Positions 12,401 to 27,400 of a DNA stretch of 64,000 nt are shown piece after piece. Position numbers and translations under genes: made by a program. Below the pieces are notes generated by a model, which saw only the letters and a program-made list of their open reading frames with translations, was not told the origin of the DNA and ran no database searches. Position 1 is the stretch's first letter. The number at the start of each line of letters is the position of its first letter. The DNA is from Phoronis australis (lineage: Eukaryota; Animalia; Phoronida). Location: NCBI GenBank assembly GCA_002633005.1, contig NMRA01000468.1, positions 223,152 to 287,151 of the forward strand. The letters are read 5' to 3'.

Positions 12401-15400
12401 CGTGACTGAATTTCAGTGTCCCAAAACTGCGAGATGTCCCAAACTAGATAATGTTTATGCAACTCCCGCACAAATCGCAATAAGTACAGTTGTACTTGAC
12501 CGATACAAGGTGCATATGCCAAATAACCCCCCAGCTCTCAACAGTTCAAAATAAAACCTGTTCGAAATCCTCAAAAATGGGCAACATTCCCAAAAGTTAC
12601 AAAGGAAACACTACGTGTAACAACCTTTCTGACGCGACATTCCAGAAGTATACATATATGTGCGGGAAATATTTGGTGCATTCAGGGAAACATTCTTGGA
12701 CATCTCTACAGAACAAACATGGACATGAATGCTTTTTGCAGCTTCCTCAACACTCATCTACATCATGATATGTGGGGAAATGATAATATCCATCAAGAAT
12801 ATTGAAAAACAGTTATTCACACTCTTGCCTCAGGGGCACAGGAGTTCTATCAGGCACAGGTCAGTTTTTCATCCCATTAACTGACCCTTTGGATGTCATA
12901 GTAACCATTTGTGACTACACTCTGATTTTTACTTGTTAATTGTTGTTATTTTCCTTTGTCAGAACAACTGATCATTTCAAAGAGAACCGGCTTAGCTCAC
13001 CCTGACACAAAACAATCATAGGTAAGATCAGGCACAACGCCCTCAGGCCTATTGGACTTAACTATTGGTCATGAAAGGCCAAATATTGATCAACAGTTGA
13101 CAAGGCAGAATTGATCAAATCCTTGAGAAAAACCAGGTAGCATAGATGAATGCACATGTCAAAAAAATTCTTAACAACACATCTGTTCAGCTAACGATTT
13201 CAAACTGTAAGCACAACAATGGAAATCCATACACTGTATCAAGGCCCTCGCTCACTTCAAGATAAGGGTGCCTAAGCATTCCTATTACACTCTCCTGCTA
13301 TCAACACTGCCATCCCACGCACATTCTAAAATACATATGAAATATTTGCATATTCCTAAAAATAAGCCACTCTTTCATATATTAGATTTCTGTCCTTTTC
13401 AATCTTTTCATTTTGCATTCCTTTTTACTTGAGTTTTAACTTTCTTTCTAAAATTCCACACAAGTCAAGCAGCATGACTAAAGCCCCTTTCATATCAATT
13501 AAACTCGGATGACAGAGGAGCATCAATGTAAACTGCGAGGCTAAAAGAACCTTTCACACTGACTTTAATAGTTGTGGACACAGAAGTATTGGAATCTGGT
13601 GTGAAAGTCATTGAAGTTACTTCTTGCAAAACTGTTGTTCACAAACCATTACGAATGGGTAATTTTCAAATTTGAATTATGGATGCATATATGTTCAGGT
13701 AGTAAAATGGAGTTTTTATAAATTGTTAAAATATTGAATATTTACAAACAATCTCAAGTAATACCAAAATACACGGTGCTCTTGACAATGACAAAATCCA
13801 CCAGCTTCATGCAAAGTTAATTGGCATTGTCAACTTCAATACAACACCAAAGCTAATCGTTCACACAGACCGACACTCCCAAAAGATCAACGCGTTGATG
13901 CTAGTGTGAAAGTGCCTATAGTTGAAACCTGTGAAAGGACTTCTGTATATTCGTAACTTTGAAGATGATCAGAGTTCATCAACAACTTCGGTATGAAAAA
14001 TGTAGAAAACATTAACCAAAAATACTTTTAGATTTAAGCTGCATGTTATCTTTGCTAAAACCCAGAATTTAATTATGTCTCAATCTCTCAAAGCTAGTCT
14101 CAAGAGAATCTCACATCAGAATTTTATTTCCTTTACCATCAAGACGACCGAAACCATAGTTTATTGGGGTTGGAAAACTTTGAAAATTTCAATTCACAAA
14201 TCCTGCGAGTACCTCATTGTCTAAGACTTGACTTGCCAGGGTCGCTCAGCACCAATTTAATAACAGATGTGCGTTGTCATGTTTTGAACCACAAAGCCTA
14301 TGGTTAAGAACTCAGTAATGACAGCTAAAGAACAGCAAGATGAAGCTTCAAACAACTGCTTGAAGAACAATATCCAGGCCAATCTATTCTAGCAGAAGCT
14401 GCCAAAAGGAGAAATTGCAAATCAGGAAAAAACGCGTATGATTGATTATAAATAATGTGATCCTATCCCTACAATAAAACACAAAAGCAAGAGAAGTGGC
14501 GGTAGATGGAGAGAGAATATTATTAGTGGTAAATCAATCTTGATAAAGATTCATCACTTGAATAATCAATATTGAGTTCTGTAACATAAATTAGCAAGCG
14601 AGCACTGGGTGAAGTGATGGCTGTGCGCTAAATGCCATCGGCTCCACCAAGTTAACGTCCGTACTAGCGGAGTGTCGATGTGAAGTGCGAAATTAACTTG
14701 TAATTCCCTGCAAGCTTTGATACTTAATCAAATCAGAGTCAAATTCATATCAGCCCCATTTCCTTATAAAAATACTTAAAAACTGCGCAAAATTCCTCTC
14801 CCAGTGATTAAAAAATTCACTTCAAGGTTTGAATCACTTGTGCAAAACAATGGTTTAAGCTAATTGCGACATTGCTGATGAGGGGTAGTGATTGGGGGGC
14901 CTGGAACTGTTGAGACCGCAGGACGGGCTCCCCTCAACCAAAAAAAATCCCCTCCTGGAAGGCACAGGCACCTGTCCCCTCACAGTTGAACGAAGTTCCT
15001 GTGTAATATTCTCTTTCTTTTAAGTCATCCAAAATGAGCAGCGCAGAAGTAGCAACAAGACGCTGATAGTAAACAGCCTTATACAATAGTTCTAATCTCA
15101 TCAACCAACCTTTAAGAGGCAGGCAAAAAATGGCCACCGTCATGTTTGTATAAACTTTATCATTCTCACAACCAAAACATTTGGTAAACAAAAACAAGAC
15201 TTCTCCCTGATCAGTCAAAAATGCTCTGTTTTGCTTCACAACACATTTGGTTTGAAAAACAATCAGATACCATGCCTAAAACAAATATGAATCATTCCAG
15301 TTTCAACAGCCAAACTGATTAGTCATCTTAACTGTCCCAAAAATAATGATGTAGTACTTCCAATGGTACATGACATTGACATCACACGGCCTGGGCTGCG

Positions 15401-18400
15401 TTAATTCTAAAAACCATCAATTCAAGTATTCCCAGGCAAATGATCAATCTGAACGGAAGTCGGAAAAACTATTGACCAACTCCGCTGCCAACTACAACAG
15501 CAATGAGGGTTGTCCCAGTCAGACATGATCACATGATCACATGATCACCACCATAGCCATTGTGAAACAGTGTGACCTCTGATTGTAGAAAGCCAACACT
15601 TGAATACCTTTGAACACTTAACAGGAGCCAGATAAATATGGAAATTCCATACAGTTGGTGTGATAACAGCAATCCAGAGCATGTGACAGTGCGAATGGCT
15701 TTACCAAATGGCATGTGAATGGACAGCCATCAGTGGAGGCAAACAAAAGACAGTTCCTTTGTGAAATAATACTAGTGAGTGGGTACTGAGAGATCCTGCT
15801 GAGTAATTTATACTTTATCTTATTACGCTCAATTTAGTTATGACAAAGAATAGTACACAATACACTTTATCCAAGCTTAGGCAGAGCTGAAAGATTGATT
15901 GCCCTTTCTTAGCAAGTGGTCATGAATACAGCACAAGTCACAAACAAAGACTACCTCAAGACTTCTCAATAACAGGGCTTGATTTGGCTACTTTCATGTT
16001 GCCAAGGTGAACTCAGATTTTGTTTATCAACATTGTAAGAATTCCAAGTCGCCACAAAGTCCCCAGTCACGCATTCAAATACTTTGGAAAGAAAACATGG
16101 GAGTCAGAATCATACGCCAAAAAGTGGTAGGGCCTACTAAAAGTCATTCACATGTGCCTCTTGTCTGCCTCAGGTGGTGAGCACAGGGTACAGTCATTTG
16201 TTCTTGATTCAGGTATCTCGTTTATATCATCGTTTGTAGGGGCCAGGACTCTAGCAACATCCAGTGCGTCTTTCCTTATGTTTTGATGACCTTAGTTCGG
16301 GTTTTTTCCATTTTGCATTTGGCGAATCTAGTCCTGAATAAACTGATTTTTGTGAGTGAAGACTATATGTAAAGCAATGAGAAGGCAGGATCAGAAACAC
16401 AACCTTAACACTCAAGACCATCAACAGTATGGGTGAGTAATATATCAAGGACAGACTTTCCCACTTCAAGAAGGTCTCCTTCTTATCTCAGTAAAATGAC
16501 CTTTGTCTGCTAAGTCAATTAAAATGCTCAATCAAACCCATTTGTCTAGCCGAAAAAAGTGACAGAAACTCAAAGAGACCTGCAATAGATCACTCCCAAA
16601 ACTCGATTTTGAGATTGTAGTGGCAAGTCTCGTCACTCCATAACAGTGCAACAGTTTCAGATGTCTCTCCAGTTACATTTTGCTTGGGTATATGTAAAGT
16701 TGGTTTATTTTACCACAAGCTTAGAGGAAAACATGACAGAAGTGCTTGCGATGGAGACAGCTGCATAGATAACACATAAGCTGGGCTGAACAGTTTTGTC
16801 GTTTCTGAATGCTTGATTATTCGCACCAATCAGCAACGAGAACAGTTCCCAATCTTAATTTCAAAAACTAGCGCTAAAACCTAAATGAAGTCAAAAACCC
16901 GGAAAGCACTCCAGTGGGATGTAATGTGTGAAAATCCAAGTCAAACACATGGCCTGGTTACATGCAAGAGAACAAAAGCTGACTTACAAACAGAAACATC
17001 TGGGAGACATTAACGATTATTATCTGATCATGCTCCAATTTCATAAAGGCAGGTAATTTTAGATGTCCAAAATCAGGTGCTTGTAGAACTGAGTCTGTTT
17101 ACACATTCCAATTTTTACTATACCGCTAATTGCACTGTGCGGCCAGGTGTTCCAACTACTTTAGCCAAGTCATATAAAAAGTTGGGCTGCATAAACGGTG
17201 ATCCCTAAGATCCCAACACTGTACAAAAAATGGATTAATGGGGTCATAATAGGCCTGCAAGAAATGTAAAGTGGTTTTAATTTGTAACTAATGGGCAGCT
17301 TAAGAATTTTTCACTGATGAAAGCTAACTTGGCAAATGCCAGACCACGAGCATTGGATTTCTGTGAACTGAACAGACACACAGGTAAAAAGGATGTCTTT
17401 GTGTAGATCATAAACGGAAGAATTATACTGAAAAACTAAGAAGTTAGAGGTCAACTGCGCAGCCCTGAGAGAGGGCAGATGCCAACTACCACATGCTGGC
17501 ACAAAGGTAGACAATTTGTGGTAACTGGAAAAAATTGATTTGCACTTCCGAGAATTTAAAATTACCACTAGGGGGCACAATGCTCTTCAAGTACACCTGG
17601 AAGGTGCAAGGTTCTGCCATAGGAGGTGTTGAACTGTCACTTCGTTAGGGTATTACTTGAGAACAGGTCCTACAAGTTAACTTGTCATAACTGTCATTGT
17701 GCCATGATCTCCAGGAATAACAACCCGTCAGTTCTTTCCAAAGTGTCAATGTCTCAGATAGGGTTAATCATCGTTTCCCTCAGTACCCATTTTCAAGGTT
17801 ACCCATGTAGTTGGCTTGGTCTAGATTTTGAATGGGCGATGACATCCGTTACCCTATCCCACGATCCACTCAGTGTGTAAGTTGACATGAACCATCTGCT
17901 TTTATTAAGTATTTGCCAAATTCTGTACCACCTTTTGCAGACAAAGAAGTGGGCTCTGTACGCCTAGGCTGGCACAAATGATTAGGGGTGCCCAAAAGTC
18001 ACACTTTGCTAGAATCCTTGAGTGGGAATAACATTTAACCTGATGTAGCATCGGTTTATACAATTAGTGAAACAAACTGTAAATCCCCAAAGCACATGAA
18101 CTCAGGTATGAAGATTTGCTAGCCAGGTGAGTCATACCTGCAGAATAGCCTCTAATGGTTCAGTGGGCAACTAGACCTATTATTCATTCATACTACAATA
18201 GCTTTGCCTGCATTTAACAAGATCTAGGATAGTACACTCATATTAAAAATTGATCAGACATGGTGAGCAGAGCAGAATGCCCTGAAACGGCGATGACTCA
18301 TCATGGCGATGAAATAGAACTACGTCCCCGAGGACTGCGCAACATCCAATAGAATATGGTCTCACACAAAAAACCAATTCAGTGACTCAAACAATTGAGA

Positions 18401-21400
18401 TACAGTAATCACGAACAATATGTTCACAAACATGTACCGGCACTCGGAAACGTCTCCGTCTCTATGCGAAAGCTTGGTTTAGTTTGGTGTGCCGAGCGCA
18501 AACAAATGTCGACTGCTTACCATAGGATACCCATATGATGAAAAATACATGATTTGTTTTGTGACAAAAAATTATTGACCGTCTGACTTTGCGAGAGATA
18601 ATGCTAGCTACCAGTCGTCTGCAAACAAATCTAGGTTAAACATGAGAGAAGTACCATGAATCTACTAGGCATGCAAGGGTTAATAGCCAACACATAGGCA
18701 GGATTCCTCTTTGAATAACAACACAAGACTAAGGCAGTCTCACAGATCCACTGAAAATAGAAATAAACTGATGATGTCCACGAAAGAATAGATTACAGGA
18801 AGTTGCTAATAATTTTGTTGCAAAATACAATTTTCTGCAATTAGAGCAGATAGTTCAAAATATAGGAAACACAATCTTCTTTTAATTTTTCATCAAAATA
18901 CAACCAAATAAATCAATCACTGGTAATTGCTCTAAAAATTACCACACCAAAGAATTTTAATTTTGCCAAATACCTCAAGTAAGCCTAGAACATTTTTTAC
19001 AATATTGCAAACATGAATTGTAGGGATTTGCAATCAAAAACAAAAGTTGTGAAATTTGTGCGTTTCAACAACTTTTTTGAATAACTGAAAACATGCCTAG
19101 TTCAACATTGCTTTTGTGGAAAATTCTACACTACTTTGGCAAGTGGTTCTACAGTCAGGGCTTGGAATTTTCCGCGGAAACGCGGATTTCCGCTTTTTTC
19201 AAATGTTCTGTCTGCGCATTTTATTATATTTCCGCGTAAAAAAAAAATCGGATTTGATATAAAATTTCCGTGGCTAATTCCTTTCTTGCCGACGACGTTC
19301 ACCTCGAAAAGCGGAAGTTGCTCTTTATGTTTCGGAGGAACGTAAATTGTCAACATTGCCGGGGCATCTAGGATAGCGTGGTGGGATTTTCAAATGCGTC
19401 TTGTGTGATTGTAAACCGCGGTGACAAATACTACGGCGCTGCAGCCAAAAATGTGTGGGGGTGGGAGTGGATGGACGAGATAAAAAGACGCAGACGCATG
19501 CTACTGATGGTGGTAATGTTTTTTTTTTTTAGTCCTGCCGATTTTTCTCGGCGAAAGGCTCACATCGACTATTTCAAGGCTGGGTAGCGCGCATGTTTTG
19601 GGCCGTAAAAGTTTCCGCGTTTTTTGCCATTGGTCATTCCAAGCCCTGTACAGTAGACACTGTTCAAGTATGTGTAGTCCATGTGCCATATCTCACAGAT
19701 CCTCATGGTATCCCTCTGTAATTCATCACATTTGTTTACTCCAACTGTGCCATGTTGTCAAGTGTAACGGGACAAATTGAGCCAAAGCACCTGTCTTCAC
19801 AAGGATGAGACTTTGAGTAGGTCTTGAAGGTTTATGAGCCAACACTGACATCAAAAGGCCGAATGGTTATAATTGAATGACCTTTGTGAAAATGAACATT
19901 TAAAATGTGTTGGAGAAACATTTTTCAATTCACATTTTTTTATTATAATATACTCTCTCAAAAGAGTAATTTATATATCCTTATTGCTAACAAAGCAACA
20001 CAAATAACATCAACATTTCTGTACAAAAAAGATGTTTTTTTCAACTCATTTTCCTTGAACTGATCTTGTAGTGAGCAATACAAGTTTCTAACAACAGCCA
20101 GGGCATTTTTGGCGAAAGAGCCTCCTGGGAGCTTTTTCAAGATGCAAAATCATTCCAGGCAAAATGGATGTTTCCGTAAGTTCCGTAAGAGCCCCTAGAG
20201 GGCTCTTACAGAAATCCGCGGCACTAGGCTAAAGATAGACCAAAGAACAAATCTTCGGTTTCATTGTATCTACACATATAAATTTCTCATGACGGGAGAA
20301 CAAAGCCTTTTTCAAATGTTATGTCTAAAATTCATATTTGTCTAGATATCAAGATCAAGTCCCGTGAACCATATCAGAGGACCGTTTGATCATGCGAGTA
20401 TATCGGTAGACAGCCAATACTACCAGTTGAAATACATGAATGAATGGCATTAGACAAGTCTATCCCACCAAAGCACAAAGGAAACAGTATGTCAAATATG
20501 ACAACTAGCTCATTTAGCGTCTTCATTTCAGCTAGAATGTGAGACGTTTATCACAGACCACTGCACTAATCCAGCACTTATGTGCTACCAAGGAATACCA
20601 GTACAACAAGAAAACAGGTGCTAAGTTTATAAACCACAACACCTTCAAAGACAGGGAATGCAAAAATTGGAATATCATCAAGCTGTGACACTGAGGCTTG
20701 TGTTAAGCCCGCTTTTGCAGCACAAATATACCCAATTAGGACAGCTAACTGAAATAGTTCAGCCAAGATTTGGCCTTCAGGCTCTCGATGCCCCAATTCT
20801 TGGGTGGAATATCACTCCCATTCCCCTATGAAAAATATTTAAGATCACAAGAATTGCCCTAATCAGGCCCAAAAAAATTCTTCCGCCTCCAGTGATTAAA
20901 AACCTGAAGGTAAGAACCACTTCTGCAAAACGTTAGTCTTGGCTACCTTGATGGTGGCGACAGACAGTGGATGGGAGAGGAATGTTGATAGGATTTCTGC
21001 TCTCAGAAGGCAGTCAATGTGGTTTTGTGACTTTTAAAGGTACGAGAACAACAGCGTCAGTAGTCTGAATACAAAATGATCTTGAAATCGAAGAGAACGA
21101 CTTGCTGAATTCAATATGGGTTAGTTAATTCTAGTTGACCTCAGGCAATGAGCTGCAAAAACAGGGCCATGTTGAATGTCAAATGTAACTATGGCTCGAA
21201 AGGTCCACGCTTCGCCTCCTCATATGCAGAGCAAAAAGTTCAGTAATGGCTTCCACCACACACCATTATAGCTTTCACAGCCATATATTGATCGTCAAGT
21301 CACATCTAAAGGCCATGCCTAGCAGAGATCATTTTTTAACATAATGGAACAGCCACATGGGAAATTGCAGCCAACACTGTACACGATCAATGTTGTAGAA

Positions 21401-24400
21401 AACCTCGCCTTAATAACAGATAGCTGGCTGCAGACAGCGTGAAGGAAGGCTATTCAAGGGCAAATGGATTCTGGAATATAATTTTGCCAGAGATAAAAGT
21501 GTTGGAAATTTTACTTTAGGAGCATTGCATGTGTTAGCCTTTATTCACAAGTGAATTTTTCCTTAAAGGGAGCTTTTGAATGTTATTCTTTAGTTGATAT
21601 AACAGATTATTTAAATTGAAAATGTTGATTTTGTATTGAGTTCTTGTTAAGACGATGAGAAATAATAACGTGGTGCATCAAATTTCAGAATGAGGTTAAA
21701 CAAAACATGAGTGCAGGCAAACACAAGTTCCGGTATTAGCTGTGAGTTAATTCATGATGAATACAAGAGTACCCTGACCTTAAATTATTCACATCAACTA
21801 AACTTACCAATTCACAAACTCAACAACACAAATGCCACTAATGAAACACTACAAAGCAACCGTTACTTCGAAACTGGCGAGCTTTTGTGGTCAAATCGCC
21901 CATTCTTAAGGTAACAGTTTTGTAGTTAAAATTGCTCAAAAACTACTTTTTTCCGATTTCATGAATTAAACGCAAGGGGTATTAAATCCAAACATGTAAC
22001 TTCATGAGTAGAAATCAAAACAGTAAAATTTGAAACATTCGAAATCCAGAAAAAATGTTTACCAACGCCAAATTAAGAAAATCGGTATACCAGGAAATAC
22101 TTTTGAGGACATAACTGACAATGTGCAACAAAACTGATTCGGTTCCAAGAGGATTTCCATCATTCATTTAATTAGGTGGCTTTTCAACAACCCACCATGT
22201 AAATGCCAGAGGTACCTCTGTGCAGGCACTTATGACAGAATTAATCCCCGTGACACTCTACTTTATTTTGAAAATTTGTGTTTAAAGACCAGAATACAAA
22301 ACTATCAAAATTTTGAAAATTTAAAAATCAATCAAAATTGTGTTGAACACCATTACAACAGATGTGTAGAGTCTGCATGAACAAAAATATGGCCGATGGG
22401 CAAAATTATCGAACGTAGGAAGGAAAAAGCATTCCGCTAATGGCTGATATCAAAATGATTGGCAAGACTGACTAAAATGATACATATTTTATGGTTTCTA
22501 ATCAGTCAAAAAACGGCTGGATTTTGTGTTCATTTACTGGGAGACCACATTTTTATCAGGCTGCTAATGTAAGGCATGTGATCTCTCTATCATAGGGTGG
22601 GGAAGTTGGCCAAGTTTGTTTATATAGATAATGACTAAAATGCCAACACAAGACCGCAATTTGTCCACAGGATTCTCAATTCAGGAACCAATCAAACTCA
22701 CTATGGACACTCTCTAGTGTAAGAAGGATATGGGTCTGTACATGACGCCTGGAAGACGTATCCAACTAAATTCACCCAATCAGTGCTTGCTTGACATGGG
22801 TGACAATGTCCACTCAAAACTAAGCATAACGGCACATTTGCACTATTTTTTCCAGATCTGGACTCGGAAGAAGTTAATAAGGGTGACAAAAAAAACAACT
22901 GCTTGGCGCCTGTATGAAGGATACGAGTGAGGCAAATTTTGTATTCGTATTTGACTTCCCACTCGTACTTTCAACCATTTACTCGCTCCTGTCGAGTAGT
23001 AACTACAGTATTATAATTTAGCGTAAGCTGATGGACAAAATGACCGTGGTTTTACCTGCTAGTGTTATTAATGCTTTGGAACAAGAGACAAAAATGCATG
23101 TAACTACTTTGCTCTATCTTAAATCTGTGAAAAGCTTTTGGCTTACAAGTTTTGCTTCAAATTTCAAATGTTAAAAGTAAAAATATGCTTGCGAGATTAA
23201 AATTTATTTTTCAGTCATGACATACTCAACCTTTAACACCACACTAACAGTGTTAACTCCAGTTCAGAACACCATTGCCCAATGTACTGAAATCTGTCTT
23301 TCCATAAAGGAAACGCGTCCCAGGAGACCATTGGGGACACCACCATTGGGGAAAGTGACCCAATGGCCATTGACACACTGGCCACTGCCAGGTGCTAATT
23401 AAAGGAGACAGTCTGACAAGGTGACCCCCCATGTCATCGGTTTCTAAAAGCTGAGAAAACCCCCAGACAGAGTGACACCCAATACCAGCAACACAACACC
23501 CCCACTGTAAAGTGTGGCGAGCTTATCAGATGAGACTGTTGGTAAATGGTGAGAAACCATGCATGAAACAATCTTAAACTGGTCCAATATGACATTACAA
23601 ATGACTTGAGCAAGTCAGCCAGAAAGTAAACAAAATGGTCCTCTTACAAAGGGAAAATTTGGGTGGTTTCATTGTGGCTGCAATTATAAGATAAACAAGA
23701 TAGAAAAATACTGTCAATCACTGGAGGGCAAAACCAGGAGACACTCTGACACCACTCAGGGCATGAAAACACTCCTATTATATAACTAACAAGTGTCACA
23801 TTAAACTTCATTTTGACAGGCTTCTTTTGTGGCTCCAATAGTAGTTTTCATAGCAAGACCCAGTCAGAAAATCTGAAAAAGAACCACTTGAATAATAAAG
23901 CATAAATTCTCACTTGAAAGCACTTTCATATCAGATTTTAAGTTCTTACACCGACTTATGGGAGTACTTAAGAATGACTGAATGAGCACTCCTGGCACAT
24001 CACTGATGGTTTAGTGCGCTGGCTTAATATTCATCTGTTTCTTTACTACTTAGGCTCTTTATTTATTCACAGCATTGATCAATAGTAGTTCTTAGTCATA
24101 TTCAGCTAGACCCAACCCAAACATGAAACCTACTTGGTGGGGACAACTGAGAAGGGAAAGTCAGAGTGGTATTTTGAAAATAACTGGCTGACCAACCGAA
24201 ACAGGAAAAGTGACACAGCACGACACAGGGTACATTGAACACCTATACGTAAACCTCCAGATTTATTTCCAGAACAATTACTTTTACATGGCAGTTATGA
24301 GCATCAAACGGATATTTGTCAGACTTCCTCAAACCTTTTCAGTAATAAATGCTCAAAAGGGATAGGAATGCTCGTTAATGAGGCTAATTTCCACCCCATC

Positions 24401-27400
24401 CCAGATTATTTCCCCAACTGAGGTCAGCCTATGTAGACCTTGAATGAAGAATGGTTAAACCTCAAGCCAGTGTTTGGTCTACTAATAGTCATGTGGTACT
24501 TATTTTAGATAGATCACTTACACCTAATTACTGTCAATGTGTTCCTGCAGCTTTGAAAATTTAAAGAGGGAACAAGAGGAGTGCACAAAGCAAGAGGATT
24601 ACATTGGGATTAGCTTGATGTGGCTTTCCCACCAAGGTTGCAAATCACCTGTTTTGAGGAGTTGCAGTCAGTGGGAAAGTATTTATTTACGTAACTCCTG
24701 TGAAATGGGAAAGGTTAAATCCACTCTTACAGAGTAAAGAGGATGCGCCACACGTAATCAAAAAAACTTTTGGATATTTAAAACTCTTAGATGTAATACA
24801 ATCGCCTCATTCACAAGCTTTTGACTCCTGAAACTTCTTAAGAAGCTGATAAATAGATCTTCAAATAGCAACCAAAAAGTGGTTAGAGACCGAAGTAAAC
24901 ATCCTTGATAGAAGAGAAAAATACTGAATCAGATGAGAAGATTTCAAGCACACGAAGAGACAAAAAGGGCAATAGTCGGATATAACATGCACGTATTTTG
25001 AGAACCAGTTTGATGTCAGTTATTCAGTGGAGAAAACTGGTTCTCAAAATTCAGGCACATTTTATCCGACCATTACCACAAAAAAATAGAAACTTGAGAG
25101 GGAATTAGCACTGGTTAGTTTTGGAATTATTCATTGAAATAGGTGGGAGAATACGCTCCTACTGAATCACACAGCGATACTTTAATCTCATGCAATTTGT
25201 CCACAATACTGTAATATCTGTCAAGCACTTTTAAAGTTCCTCGTTTTCGCAAAATTGGAATCACTCATGTTTTTTGTAGGTGTTTTGATTTTTACAAGTT
25301 CTTTTGGATTGCATTACAGTATTTTACTTTACAGTACCAGCAAAGTTTACCGCCATGTTGCAGGCTACAACTCTGCTGGTGGAAAGTTGGATAACCCTCA
25401 TACGTATTCATGGATACACAATGTTTACCCCCCCCCCCCCCCCACCATCTCTGGACTCGGCCAAATAGTTCCAAAACAAGAAAAATGAGAGTTCTATGTG
25501 AGACCGTCATATTGTTTACTGAACTTGAATACATTTCTCAGTTATGTATTAATTAGAGTACAATTTAACAACGCCAACTGGTGTTTCATCCAGAGAACTA
25601 GCAGTAGCTTCAAAAGAGTAGCCAGTGGAGAAGGTAAGGGAGTCGTGATGTAGTCCTCACAGACTGGAGTTACGCTAGTGGGAGAGTGACGTAAGAAAAA
25701 TTTTATGGATATTCTACAAAGAGTTTTTAAACCAGATGAGTGTTTTACCACATTTCAAAGTCCACAGTGTTCAATCACCCGCATAATGAATATGTCATAA
25801 GGTGAAATCAATAGCTGTAAACTAGTTGTAAAAGTATTAACCTACTTTCAAAGAGACAATGTATGTATCATGGTTTTTCCCACCCAAGGGACAACTATCA
25901 TGGTTATTGGTAGACTGTCACTCACTTACATTAGATGCTCCAGATGTTTGAATACATTCTCTTAAGCTAAATATCAAGTCAGTGTTTTCCACGGCCTTTT
26001 CCAACGCGTCATAACGATGCCTCTGAAAGCATTTGCGACACGTTTTAATGGCACGTGACCTGTTAGAAAAAAAAGCGGCTAAACATTACACACGTAATGG
26101 GCTGGTCACGCGCTGCTTGAAATGTGTATGCTTTCACCATATTTGTACACGAGTATAGTATTAGAATGCACGAGTGTTAAAAGAATCATTTCATATTTCC
26201 TTCCAAGGCTCTGCTGAAATTGATTACGGCACTTCAGAAGTGTCCGTAAAGGTGTCCTAACGTCAAAAAGGAACACGTTCCCCTTTAAATTAGAATTGGA
26301 ATCAGAATTACAAACTAGTACATTAGGTAACTAGGCAAGTAAATGTGCAATTAAGATCATGCAACTGCAACTGCACTTGCACTACTGACAATGCGCATTT
26401 GCACAGCTGAGAACATGCATTTGCACCATGGAGGACATCAGTTTCTGCAACAGATCTCAGATGCAGAAGACCGAAAGTCTATTTGCAAGTATTACAGGAA
26501 TGGCTATCATAGCACATTTTGTAGATTCTATAGTTCAAACCTACTGAAAGACAACAAGAAGACACCACTGTATTAAAAAACTGAACAAACTCAGAGTTGT
26601 CTTTGTGACTCATAGTTTAGGACATGAAAGAGGCCAGCTGTGTCCTGTGTAGGTGTTTGATAACCCATTAACAAAGAACCATTGATATACACCTGAACCA
26701 CACTGGGGTGTCACATGACTGATCCAATTTTGTAAAGGGTAACAGCCTCTAAGTGGAGCAGGCCAACTGTGAGCCTGACATTTAGAGCCAGCTTGTCCAT
26801 CTGGATTCACATACCAGGGAGTTTGGAAACCAAACACTGTCAGCCACAGGGCCAGAGTGAGGACGCAGACCAGTTCCTACTGTAAAATGGTCAAGCCAGA
26901 CATTCTGTTTTGTTCCAACTAACCTCTGATTAATGCTGTCCACTAAATAACTAAATAAATGTCCAACAAGCAAAAGAAACAGTTAATCATAAAAGTTCAG
27001 GTCCACCGATAACCTAACAATTACAAACAGAACTTGCAAACATGTTGAAATCTTTTCCTGTTCGCATGATTTTAAGAGAAGCCTTTAGACAATGTTACAG
27101 GCAAAGAACCCGTACATCAAAACAAAACAAGTGTGTATGGTAAAATAGGAAACAAATAAAATTCATTTCTTCGTCTTTTCAAAAACAATAAGTAACGCCA
27201 AATGAATGCTATACCATTTGTAAAGATCTATACCACAGCTACCGTCACAATGATTCTGAGATATCGTGGGCGTTCACAACAGTGTTAGAAGCCTCCGAAC
27301 GATTCAACTTGGTCAATTTAGTTAATTATTTTTGGCTCCAATTGGTGGGATTTTACCAAACACTTTGTATTTGTCAACATGGACAATCCGAAAAAAATCT

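Noticed and set aside
26600-26910. Possible tRNA-derived SINE
   Set aside because: No clear A/B boxes or tail could be identified.
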